A DNA stretch of 64,000 nt from Azolla caroliniana (taxonomy: Eukaryota > Plantae > Polypodiophyta): contig JBHGNT010000001.1 of the NCBI GenBank assembly GCA_043228905.1, positions 8,990,001-9,054,000 on the forward strand, read 5' to 3'. Below, piece after piece: positions 17,501-29,087 of this stretch. The position numbers and the translations under genes are program-made. Under the pieces are notes generated by a model. The model searched no databases, was not told the origin of the DNA, and saw only the letters and a program-made list of their open reading frames with translations. Each line of letters opens with the position of its first letter. Positions within the stretch are counted from its first letter, which is position 1.

Positions 17501-18399
17501 ATCATCTTCCTTCTGTGCAATTCTTGATGGATGAATTCAATTCCACCGCCCACAAATTAAGAGAGCATTGAGGGTTTCCCTTTCCAAAAATTTACAGCCA
17601 CATTCTTGTTAAGCCGAGTGATGGGAAGAAGCAAGCCCAACCAAGAGGAGAACATGCTTCTGCAGATGAATGAAATACATAGATAGACAGAAAGAAAACC
17701 CTTGCAAAATTGCAATGCAATGGAATGCCATGCCTGTACAAGGGAAGATTGGGATTTCTTCCATGTCCCATGCATGCTAGTAGCTACAATGGAGATTTTT
17801 GGCATGTTCCTCAGCTGGCCACATACAGGTGCCCTTCCTGACATGGCTGGGGAGCTTAAGCAGCATCATCAGGAACTCGAAGACAGCTTTTGGGGGGCTC
17901 CATCAGTCTATATGTATGCATTCGCATCAACGCAAGATTAGGAGAACCAACAACATTATCGATGGACCATAACCTTATATGCCACAAATCTAAGATGTTT
18001 TTTCATCGCAACAACTGTATGATTTGTATGATTGGTGCACTCTTAGACTATAGGAGATTTATCATTTACCTTGGTCAGAGATGTAAACCCAATGAATGTC
18101 TCTGGCTTACAAATGAATGTTGTATGTATGTAATAAGGATGTGGAAATTGATGAAGATCCACAGTACCCCAAAACCTACCTAGAAGGTGAGAGAATCCGC
18201 CAGAATATATATATCATTGATCCTCAAGAAATGGTGTAGGGATTAGTTTTAAGTATGTAGATGTGAATATTAGATTGAGGAATTGTTGAGGCCCGAACAA
18301 CCCAAATCGACTCGAGAAATCATTGATAGTCAAGAAATATTGTAGGGATTCGTTTAAGTCTCTAGATGAATATATGATTGACGAATTCGTGAGAACCTC

Positions 18400-20100
18400 G
18401 AACAACCCAAATCGACTTGAGAAGGAAGATTGTGTCCACCATGAGAAAGTTGGATTCCACTAATGACTAATATCCTTTAAAATATTTACGAGGCATGCTC
18501 AATATAGGAAGCAATGAAGAATTCTAATGGAATAAGTTTATATACCTTGGGTTCCAAAGTATTTTGGATGATTGAATGCGGAACTTAGCTAATAGACAAT
18601 ACAAGAAGTTCATTCGGACTATGTGAGTCTAGAAGACTTACGTACAAATTTAATATCTTTGGGTAACTGCAAGGCATTCTTAGTGGCCCAAATTATACAT
18701 GTAGATGAAGGGAGAGAATTTTGAGCGGATCATTCATCAAACTACATTTCAAAATTGTTCAAGTGGTCTTGGTAGTATCCATTGCATAGAATCGGGCCAC
18801 ATTACCATACGATCGACAAGTTCACCCTTTCAAAGGGATATATGAAGGAGGTGGTTGTTGTAGAGTAATAACCAAACTTCGAATAGTCTAATTCTAGGGA
18901 ATGTTGTTGTGGGCTTTGTATGTGATAAACAGAGCACAAAGGGTATTATATGAAGGGATGTCTAGATTCCTCAGAATATTGTTTAGTGGATGTGATTTTC
19001 CCTACATCAAAATAGAATGTGACTAGATAATTATGTTTGTTTTGTATGCCTTCAAGTTGGTGTAATTTGCAACATGGACGCGAAATTAGGTAAATTGATG
19101 TGAACAATGACTTATCAACTTAATATATGGGTTTGTTGCACCTATATTGGGACTAGATTTGTATCAAATGGACAAATTGTATTTGTCAATCATACCAAGT
19201 ATTCCCACTTAATTATAAAATGCTCATTATGGAGGATCACAAGTTCGTTTGAAAGAGGTATGTTTGAAACTATTGAAAAAAGGATCTAGAAAGATGAAGT
19301 GAGTTGACTGACATATGTTGACTCTAGTAGGACTCTGGTGTGTTTATGCAACACAATGTTGGATTTAGCATGTCACGTGAGGCTGCTAGCAATGTTCAAG
19401 GTGGATTCACATAGGAACCATTACTCAACTAGGGTGCATGATGTAAAAGGTTTGGAAAGGGCAGATTGAATTTGACATCAAGTTTTGTTAAGTGACAAAG
19501 ATGGCCATATATTGTGCTTTTGCCTATGTCGGTTTAGTAGTGGATAGAAGGCCTACTTACAAGTATTGATTCAAGATATTTGCCTAGACAACCAAGGAGT
19601 AGAGACTATATTATTGCCCTCGGTGGAAGTAGGTCACAAGACAACTAGTCATGTGGGACATCTAGGAGTGTGTTTAGTAGAAATCAAAATGTTGATTGAG
19701 GTGGAGTAGAATCGAATAACATGGGCCAACCAAAGATGCGTTCGTATAAGTATGAATTTACCGTGCATGGGTGAACCAAGCGTATGAATATTGAATACCA
19801 CACATTGCATATGAGATTGTGAAAGCTAGAGTGTTAGTTATTGGTGACCATTTGCATGGATCTATTTACAAACTCTCCATTGCTTGGAACATATGACGAT
19901 GCTATTGTAGAGCATCTAGATGGGAAAGTGTCAACAAGCTAAAAAGATAGAAATGGATGGCATAGGGGCTTCATGAGACCAAGTGATATAAATGATGTAG
20001 ATAAAGTGCTTGAGAGGGGGTTTTGTGTGATCAAGTGTTCACATACCTCTTAACCTTGGTCAACAAATGGAGTTAAGGCAATTAGTGAATATTGCCTTAG
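18400..20100 (+). mobile_element. Highly decayed LTR-retrotransposon remnants (Gypsy integrase-like followed by Copia RNase H-like)
   Basis: Broken peptides IIHVDEGREF (~18690), LLWALYVIN (~18903) and MDLFTN (~19856, cf. Copia DQLADIFTK); many stops and frameshifts. Confidence 0.35.
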
Positions 20101-23100
20101 GTCGGTTCATAGGAATGAAACTAACATTTACGGCTTGGCGTTTACAACGAAAAACTCATTTGTTTCAACATCTTGAACATTTTGTTGCCCCATATAATTT
20201 GCTCTATCAATAAAACCACTTTTCCCATGTAAATACCACTTGCGTTTGTTTGGATTGAACCTTGACCATAAATTTCCTTTTGCCACTTGTTGTAATGAAA
20301 ATTTAGCGTGGAGCCTAAATCTAACACCTAACTACTTGGTCAAATTGTCGATGAGATGACCCCAGTTGTCATTAACATCCAAAAGTAGAAGTGTTGATAT
20401 GATAGGAAAATAAATTAAATGAGCATTCAAGAATATCATAATTGGCGTAACATACTCATACTTCAACTTGCCACTATCAAAAGACCATGCAACATCTATC
20501 TACCGAAACATTACTGACATCAACTTGCTCAAAAAGTGTTGTAACAACATGTCGATTGTTTCACCATTTTAAGCCCAAAGCACAAGATAACCACATAATG
20601 TCAATATATTGCAATGTTTTTCAAACCTCAAGAAATGTGTGTGGTTGTCTAGTATTTCACTCCATCAATACAATCAAATTTGTCATGACAAAACAACCTT
20701 GCAACATCTCAATTTCATTAGTCTAAGTTTCTAACCACTTCTTCACCTGTGACAAGAAGAAGATCCTTTTGAATTACTCGTTAAGCATTGTACGGAGAGA
20801 TCACGAATGTTGGGAGCCCACTTGGTGTGCAACCTCTAGGAAATGAACGGAGACATTTCCAAGTCCACCACTATATATAATTGCTTGTATGTTTTTATAT
20901 TCTAGCCCAAGACTTATAAGTTTTCCACACTTAGGATACATCGAATGTAGACCAAATTTATTCCCGTAGCTCATGCCACTATATACGTACAATTTGACCC
21001 CGTTATGATGTCTAAGTATCCGGGTCTTGCTACTTAAGATGTTATGGCAATGCACTAAGTTTCTCAAGGCTTCCAAAGATGATGGATGGAGGAATAACCA
21101 ATGTTTGTACATTAACTACCTTCTATAATGGATCAAATTTTTATTTTCAAATCAGCAACATGTGAAGTTTTAAATGACATTGTGTTTACTTTCCTAACAC
21201 TAGGTCATTAAAAGTGTCAATGGAATTTCCTCGATAGGAAATTGGAATCTTGATTACTTAACCAATATTTTTTACCATTACTTCAAGTACGATACTTATT
21301 TGAATGTTGATATTATGCATAGTTTGAAGACTTCATTATAACTTGAGACATACAACATAGGTATTTTCTTCTACTAAAGTCTCGAACTTTGAGTTCAAAT
21401 AGTGTTTTGAGTGTTTAAACTCTTTACATAGTACACAAGTTTAGGATGAGTTTTTTAATATAAATTTATCATTGTCATGTCTGAATGTGTATTTGTGGAT
21501 CTTATTATTTTCATTGACTCACAATTGCTTGTATTTTTGAAGCACCTTTGAGAAAACAAAATTGTGCACAACGCATAGGCAAGCTCAAATATCATCACAC
21601 ATAAATATCGTGCGGTTTTAGAACAATTTTATATTTCTAGTTGAGGACGAATTTGTTCAAGATCTTGCACATGCCTTCCATTTTTTATATTGTTAGAAAC
21701 AACAATATATAAATTTGTTAAAATTGTTTGAGGTTTTGGTTTCCTCGTCAAATGTGATGATACTCATATAAATATTATTTGTGATGAATATATGTACAAC
21801 AACATTCATCATGTGTAAAAGGTTTACGCATGATTCAGCATAGGGCCTTAAATTACATCTATGATTATAAAATCTATGATGGCTCCATGAAGGCAATGGT
21901 TTCATCGGTTGATTCCCATGCAATGCAAATCATTGTAAAAATGCATTGCTTAAATCACAAGGTAAATTAACGTATGATAAGGATCTGGTTTAGCTTATCA
22001 AAAAAATATAAAATATTTGATTTCTCCCACCGTTCTCGTGCGTTAATCACTTTTAAAAACAAGATAACATTTCATAAGAATGAAAATTGCGTTTGCTATT
22101 AGATTTTCTTATGATAGAAGACTCTACCTCATTTTATAGAGTATCAAGAAAATTTAATTGTTGTAAACACGACCAATTTACGTGCGCTACATTGGGTGTA
22201 ATAATAAGAAAGCTAGGTTGTTAACCATTTATTTGCAGTTCTTGTTGAGGAGGTCATGACAATAGAAATATGGCGAGATTGGTTATTCAAGAATGGAAAT
22301 TTGATCATTGTGATGCAAGTTATATGCCTCTTATGATAAGATCATTGAAGATGAAGCTACATTGGCATGTGGAACTTTATGCGGCACATTAACCTATATA
22401 TACAATGGCAGAGTTGAACGTTGGACTCAATGGCAATATAAAATTCCACTAAATACTATTTATTTGGGGGAGCAACAATGGTGGTCTTGCTTAAAACAAC
22501 ACTCATGCTTCGGCATATGTTATTTTTTTCTTTCCACTTATTGTGATGCTTAATTGCCAAAGCCATTTGGCTAGTTTTTTTTTTCAAAAAACAAAACTCT
22601 TTCCGGTAATTATAAATGTTTACAGATGAGAATGTTATGTACAAATCTCATAATGGACTCTATAGTTGCATCTTATGTGGAGGCCCACTAACTCAAGAAA
22701 GGGAAAGGACGACCATTGTCGAATAAAGGGTAATCGATGTCTTTCAACTTCATTAGATTTGCTCGTGATGTCATCGTATTGGCTCTTTAATGTGGCTATA
22801 ACTTCACTCCATATCTCTTGCAATAAATAGCGTTTGCTTGGTGCACATTTTGATTGGAGAAGATCCGCCTACAACAGTGTTCCTAGAGAGTCCATAGTGT
22901 TATTGGGTTGACCAATTCCAACACATCTTGATCTTTGACATTGATGGGGGTTGAGTGAACATTATCAGTGGTCGAAAACAAGATCTCTTGTGCCTTTATC
23001 ACCAACGCCATCCCCTCCTCTTGAGGTTTGTATCTATCAAATGGGGCATGCCATGATAAACAATATACATCCCCCCACTTGATTGTGCCTTGCACCTGGC

Positions 23101-23150
23101 ATAAATGCAATAGTTGGCCATTTTGGGTGGGTTGTTATGCCACAACGTGG
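20100..23150 (-). mobile_element. Decayed transposon-like coding remnant, family unresolved
   Basis: Short fragmented ORFs, mostly on the minus strand, with no coherent splice structure and no clear motif. Confidence 0.2.
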
Positions 23151-23479
23151 AACGTTGTTAAATACAAGTGAAAATTCGGGTCACCCTTTCAAGTTTCAAA
23201 TGATTAATTTTTTTCCTTTACTTCTTTACGGAGGAGCCAAACTTTGTTAGCCTCCGCCATCGTTATAAAAGACCTTAGGTTATTCAATGGACCTTAAGTT
23301 ATTCAACCCAAATACATTACATTCTAAAGCGACTTCTCTCGAAATTAGGCCATGTAGCGAGCTTGAGTGCAGGAGTTTTTAAGAGAGCTTAGATTTGCGA
23401 GGAAGATGGATGATTGGGTACGCCCACATCATCCATGAGCGAGTGAGTAGAATGGCATGCAGGTTTCATTTCATATGTA

Positions 23480-23755
23480 TGAGGAAATCGAATCAAGCAC
23501 ATACATACATACATATATATATATATGTACATACATATACACATATATATTATATATATGTATGTATGTATGTATAGCTATTAGTAGTTGGTATTTGTAG
23601 TTATTTGGTGTGTGTGCTGTGGAGGGAGGAAGGAAGGATGAAAGTGTAGTGGAATAAATGAACTGAAAAAAGGAAGGAGATATTAAAAGAAAAGCAAAAA
23701 GCAAAAAAGCAAAAAAGCAAAAAAGCAAAAAAGCAAAAGAGCCCCCCCCCCCCCT
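23480..23755. repeat. SSR cluster: (TA/CA)n, ~7 x AAAAAGC and a poly-C run upstream of the GRX-like gene
   Basis: Seen directly in the sequence. Confidence 0.9.
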
Positions 23756-25169
23756 TCTGCCTGTTTTGGGAGCGCAGACAACACGCGCACAGACTCCATT
23801 AAAACAAAAAAAAAAGAAAAAGAAAAGAGGCAGGGCAGAGAGATGACCGTTTCGTTTTTAGGGTTTTAATCTCTGAGAAATGGAGATCTCAGAGTTATGT
23901 ATATAACACAGTAACTAAAAAAAACACAACCAAAAAAATAAAACAAAAAAACAAAAAACAGATCCTTTAAAAACTCAGGAAGATATGTATTAACCATTCC
24001 TTTTTTTCTCTTTCTTTTTCCCATTGATTTACAGAGAGAGAGAGGGACAGAGAGAGAGAATGCCGTTGTATGTTTGTTTATGGTGTGGTTTACTTTCGGT
24101 CTTTTCAACTTTTTTTGTTTTTATTTCTCACTTCTGTGTCTGTCTGTGTGTCTGTGTGTCTGTGTATTTTTGTTTTTCTGAACAGAGAGAGAGAGAGGCA
24201 AATAAATGATTATTACTCCCCCCCCCCTCTCCCTTCGTTGTCTTCTTCTTCTTCTTCCTCCTCCTGAGTCATCCTCTTGTTTTTTTCCTCCAAATTTAGG
24301 ATTTGATTCGACGACCCCTCCAAAAACCCTCTTCTTTTTTTGTTTGTTCTTCCATAAGAGCAGAGCAGCACGTAAAGTATGTATGGGTGGGGCAAGCGAA
24401 CAATTAATGAGCTGAATAACATTAATCATCATTAGAGATTACTACTTCATTATCATATATTTATACATAAATTATTAGAGGACCATGGAAGATCTCTTCT
24501 TCTAGGGTTTAGGATGTGAGAAGAAAGAGGCACCACAGCATTCTCTATGTATCTATATCTGATTTCCCTTCTAAATGATCGCAGAACAAAATCTCTGTGT
24601 CTTTTGATAGAAACCCGCCCATCTAATAATAGCCATTGGGGAAGAGCACAACTCCATGGGTTCTTTCACCACCGTGCCTGTTTACTTGCTTTAGTCTCAC
24701 TTGCGTCTTATTCTTTTTCAGCAAAATCTGTATCCACTGTTTTCTCTGCATAATATACCCACATATGCTCTCTCTTGTTTTACCTTTTCTCGTATCGATG
24801 ACTTCATGGTGAATTCTTCTGAAAGGCCTCTCTCTCTCTCTCTCTCCACAATTCATGATTTTTGTGAGCACAGATTCGAGAAACCACAGACTTGGAAGTT
24901 CACCTTCTCTCAGGTAAAAATCTTATATATATATCTATGTATTTATTTATGTATACGTCTATGGATACGTATGTCTGTTTGTATTTGTGTATGTATGTTT
25001 GTTTATGTGTTTTATGCGTGTATGTATGCATGTGTTTATGATGTTAATTGGCTCTCAAGCTGTCTGATCATGAGATCAATCTACATTCTGGATGTAGTTA
25101 GTACTAATAAAAGTTTTTTCTTTTTTTTCATTCACCACCCACAGTTCAAAGGTTTTTTGTTTACTCAAC

Positions 25170-27158
25170 ATGGGTTGTGTATCCTCCAAATTTCTCAAAA
25201 AACAAGCACATGTGAATGACTACGACGGTGATGGTAATGATAGAACCTCTATTACTCATAAGGCCGCTCTGAATGTGAAACCTGACAACTCTTTGGCCAG
25301 CAACGGCTTTCACCAGCATTATGTATCACTCACATCTACGTCATATGGTTTGATGAGAGTTGAATCACCCACCAAGTATGTAGAGAAGAAGATAAAAAAA
25401 GATGGCAAAGAAGAGACACTAACTGAAATGTATACCAAACTCAGTACTTTAGAGATGGATTTAACACAAGTAAAGCCATTGTATGAAGAAGTGGGTGTAA
25501 TGAATGGCCCCGTTAGGATTATTCCAAGTCCATCATCATGCGGAAGAAATGTTGGTTTGAGTTTTGGTTCACCGGATTATGCAATTTCTGAGACTATAGA
25601 TGTGGGTGACATGATGATGGGTCTTGAAGAGGCAGCATCACTCTCTGAATGTTCATCATCACCTTTAACATATGCTTGCAAGAGATCGTCACTCGATACT
25701 ATGCATCAGAACCCGAAGAAGCTTGGGAAGAAAGCAAGGTATGCCAAGGACATAATAATGACCACTTGTGATGATGATGATGGCGATGATGTACTCATCA
25801 ATGAATTCAATGTGTCTCCACGACAGTTTTCTTCAAGGCAACCCGATTTCACATCACATGCTCAAATGGTTCGGACAAAACCTGGGAAGAAATCAAGGTA
25901 TGGCAAAGAGGGCACTTGTGATATTAATGATGATGATGATGATGATGAAAACACCATCAATGAATTCAGCATATCTCAATCTAAGTTTTCATCATCAAGG
26001 CAACCTAACTTTAGTCACAAGAAACACAACCTGAGGGCTGTGAAAAAGCCCAAAAAACTGAAGAATGTTGCTTCAGAGATGATCAGTGAGGAAGGATTCG
26101 GCGATGAGAATGCCATGCCACAGCAAGTACAAAACATTGTGAAGATACCGCCATCCAAGGACAACACACACACACGCAGTCCTCTTGCTAGTGTTCCTCT
26201 TAAAAGAAGAGAGAGCATTGCAATTGCAAACAACAGACTTCTCAGCTCTTTAGATGCCATTGCCTCACTGAAATCCAGCCCTCAAGCTTTGTGTTCATCA
26301 ACAAAGCATCATGTGACGATGATGACGAAGTATTCAAACCCATCTCCAAAAAGTATGATGGGTAGCCTTCTAGGACAATCTGGATCATCAAGGAGGGTCC
26401 TTATGGGTGCAAGTTTACTCTCAAGTGAACCAAAGAAGTCATCGAGGAGAGTTCGTATGGGATCAACCCCAATATATAGTACACCGAGTAGCCCTTTGTT
26501 TGATCCAGACCTTGTAGCTTCATATGAAGAAGTGTTAGAGGATATATCATGGGATAAAAACCACAAGGAAAATGAGCGGCAGATGCAAGAAGTTGAGAAA
26601 GAATTAAGCGAAGTGTTATGTTTATATGCCCCTACTTCTGCTACTACTACTGGGCTTGATAGGAATATATATGACCCATTTTTGTGTTTTGAGGAGAAAT
26701 GCCCCCCTGGTGGTGGAAATAGGATCGTGCTATATACAACCACACTCAGAGGTATTCGTAAAACATTTGAGGATTGCAACAATGCAAGAAGCATTCTTCA
26801 CGGATTTGATCTCATTATTGATGAGCGGGATGTGTCGATGCATCTTGGTTTCCTCAATGAGTTACGGGAGCTCATGGGTAGAGTGGTCTCTGTTCCAAGG
26901 TTGTTTGTTAAAGGTCGATACATAGGGGGTATCGATGAGGTTGGGAAGCTTCATGAAGATGGACGGTTAAGTGAGCTGGTGGAAGGGTTCCCTAGAGATC
27001 TGAACAAAGTGGTATGTGATGGATGTGGTGGGGTTCGATTCATTCCTTGTTTGGAATGTAATGGAAGTTGCAAAGTGAGAAAAGAAGAAGAGAATGGTTA
27101 TTTAAGGTGCTCACAATGTAATGAGAATGGATTGATTCAATGCCCTATATGCATATAG
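25170..27158 (+). CDS. Glutaredoxin-like domain protein with C-terminal Cys-rich (CxxC) region and N-terminal MGC acylation motif; single coding exon
   Basis: 662-aa ORF starting MGCVSSK; FEEKCPPGG..IVLYTTTLRGIRKTFEDC, ERDVSMH, VPRLFVKGRYIGG, CDGCGG..CLECNGS..CSQCNENGL.QCPIC. 5'UTR intron 24914-25144. Confidence 0.93.
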   Translation: MGCVSSKFLKKQAHVNDYDGDGNDRTSITHKAALNVKPDNSLASNGFHQHYVSLTSTSYGLMRVESPTKYVEKKIKKDGKEETLTEMYTKLSTLEMDLTQVKPLYEEVGVMNGPVRIIPSPSSCGRNVGLSFGSPDYAISETIDVGDMMMGLEEAASLSECSSSPLTYACKRSSLDTMHQNPKKLGKKARYAKDIIMTTCDDDDGDDVLINEFNVSPRQFSSRQPDFTSHAQMVRTKPGKKSRYGKEGTCDINDDDDDDENTINEFSISQSKFSSSRQPNFSHKKHNLRAVKKPKKLKNVASEMISEEGFGDENAMPQQVQNIVKIPPSKDNTHTRSPLASVPLKRRESIAIANNRLLSSLDAIASLKSSPQALCSSTKHHVTMMTKYSNPSPKSMMGSLLGQSGSSRRVLMGASLLSSEPKKSSRRVRMGSTPIYSTPSSPLFDPDLVASYEEVLEDISWDKNHKENERQMQEVEKELSEVLCLYAPTSATTTGLDRNIYDPFLCFEEKCPPGGGNRIVLYTTTLRGIRKTFEDCNNARSILHGFDLIIDERDVSMHLGFLNELRELMGRVVSVPRLFVKGRYIGGIDEVGKLHEDGRLSELVEGFPRDLNKVVCDGCGGVRFIPCLECNGSCKVRKEEENGYLRCSQCNENGLIQCPICI

Positions 27159-29087
27159 AGAGAGCAGCATTCTTGTGCTTTAGGTCAAGTCAACTTCAAT
27201 GTACAACGCAGGTTATGTTTCCATGAAAGTTGTCATGGTGAGCAAAAGCTATGTTTTTCTGGTTGATTCAATGCCCTATACCTATATATATTTCTTGTAG
27301 GGCGTTCTTAATCAACCACTATGCAACATTAGCTGTCTTCATGATTGTAGCAAAACAAATGTTATTCTAGCCAAAGTTGTGTGATATATCTTACTGTCTT
27401 TTAATGTGTATGTTTTAATCTACCCGGGGGGAAAAGCAGAATTTTTGGCATTACATGTCAGCAGACATTGTATTGTATGAAGACTTAATATAACAAAAGA
27501 TATTTTTCATGTCAGAAGGCAATTTTTCTTTTGTGCCAATGGTTATTGAATCATTTTTCACTTCATTCTGTTTTTTGTTCATTTCCAACAATGAGGAAGC
27601 AAGGATTGTGTTACCTGATTTGTGCATAGCAACTTAAATAGCATATTGAGCTTTATTAGATGGATGGGCTTTATTATCCTGCTCAATGAAATGAATTGTG
27701 CACACGACAGGCGCAACCCAAGTGTTACAGTAAAAATTTGATGCTAATATTCCTACAATTTCCATATTTGGTAAGAAATCAACCCAGCAAAAGAAATATA
27801 GGCTTTGTTTTTTTACCTTGGAGGCAACCATGGCCTATAGGGGCAAACCAAGTTTACAAGAAGTGTAGTAGCAAAAATATGATGCCAACATTTGCAGTGT
27901 TTCCAAATCTAGTTATAAATGAGCCTAAAGAAAGAAAGAAAGAAAAACTTCGTTTTTGCCATTGGAGGCAACCTGAGTGGTCACACAAAGGCAAAAACTT
28001 TGGTAAGACACACAATGCATTCGCCTACAAGATATCATAACATAGGTAGGGTACCAATAGGAGAAGAATATGTAATAACCTACAAATCATGATAAGAACT
28101 ATTAACGTTTTTGACAGGTGCCAAGTAGATCATGTTATGAAGAATTCAAATATTATATGCTTTCCTTTTTTATGTGGTATGAAAAATAAATCAAGCCTAA
28201 ATGATGGCAAACTAAATTAGATAAAGTTATGAAACCATATGTGGAGAGAGATATTAACATTGTCTAAGACCAAATTTGGCCCATGATACAATTACAGGAA
28301 TGGTACAAAATAAAATAAATATAAATATAAGAGTTATAATGTGGTACAAAAGATGTCGTAGAGTGTAACATGTTCTATAAAGGAAATGGCTGTGCTGAGA
28401 CTAGTTTCATGTTCATCCAAGTCTCTCGAAAAGGAGAAGGGGGTCAAAGGGTTTTGATTCAGATGTGGCCCGTGGTCCTAATGTCAATGGTATCCCAACC
28501 ATAGCTCCCAGGAAGGGTATCGCCTTACTGTGGGGGGGGGGGGGAGAGAGACGCACACAAAAGCAACTTCTCTATCTTACTCATGTTCATTTTGTGTAAT
28601 ACATCTTGTATGACCCAGGAAAGGGTTTGGGGTTTTGGGTTTCCTCATTACGTGCATGTGCATGTGTTTTGAACATGTGGTGTGTTGTGTGATCACAATG
28701 ATACAATGCTACAACTTCGAGAATAGGGAACCAATTACACACTGAAAAGGATCTGATGCTTAAGAATATAATTGGAGCTTTTCCTGTTTTTTCGCAGCAG
28801 TTTGACTTTACATTGAACAAAGAAAAATTCTCTCACAAATGATCTTTTCCCAATCATAAACTTTTTAAAGAACTTATCAAGCACAAGAACTTATCAAGCA
28901 AAGATTTCAAAACAATGTATAGTGAACTATTTAACTCATCTCTTCTGTACTACTGGGTATTTTGCATCTTACAAATAAATACAAAGGTAGTGTGTTACAA
29001 AATGATAATATACACGATGACCCGATTTGTCTGAAATGTGGCAATTATATAGCAATGACAAGAATGAGCATGGTGAGAAAAAACTAT

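Noticed and set aside
17550-17950. Possible miRNA precursor or small gene upstream of WNK
   Set aside because: No match by eye to the conserved plant miRNAs I checked, no clear long hairpin, and the short ORFs lack motifs.
24701-25219. 172-aa ORF overlapping the GRX-like start
   Set aside because: Runs through the 5'UTR intron 24914-25144 and low-complexity TG/TA sequence.
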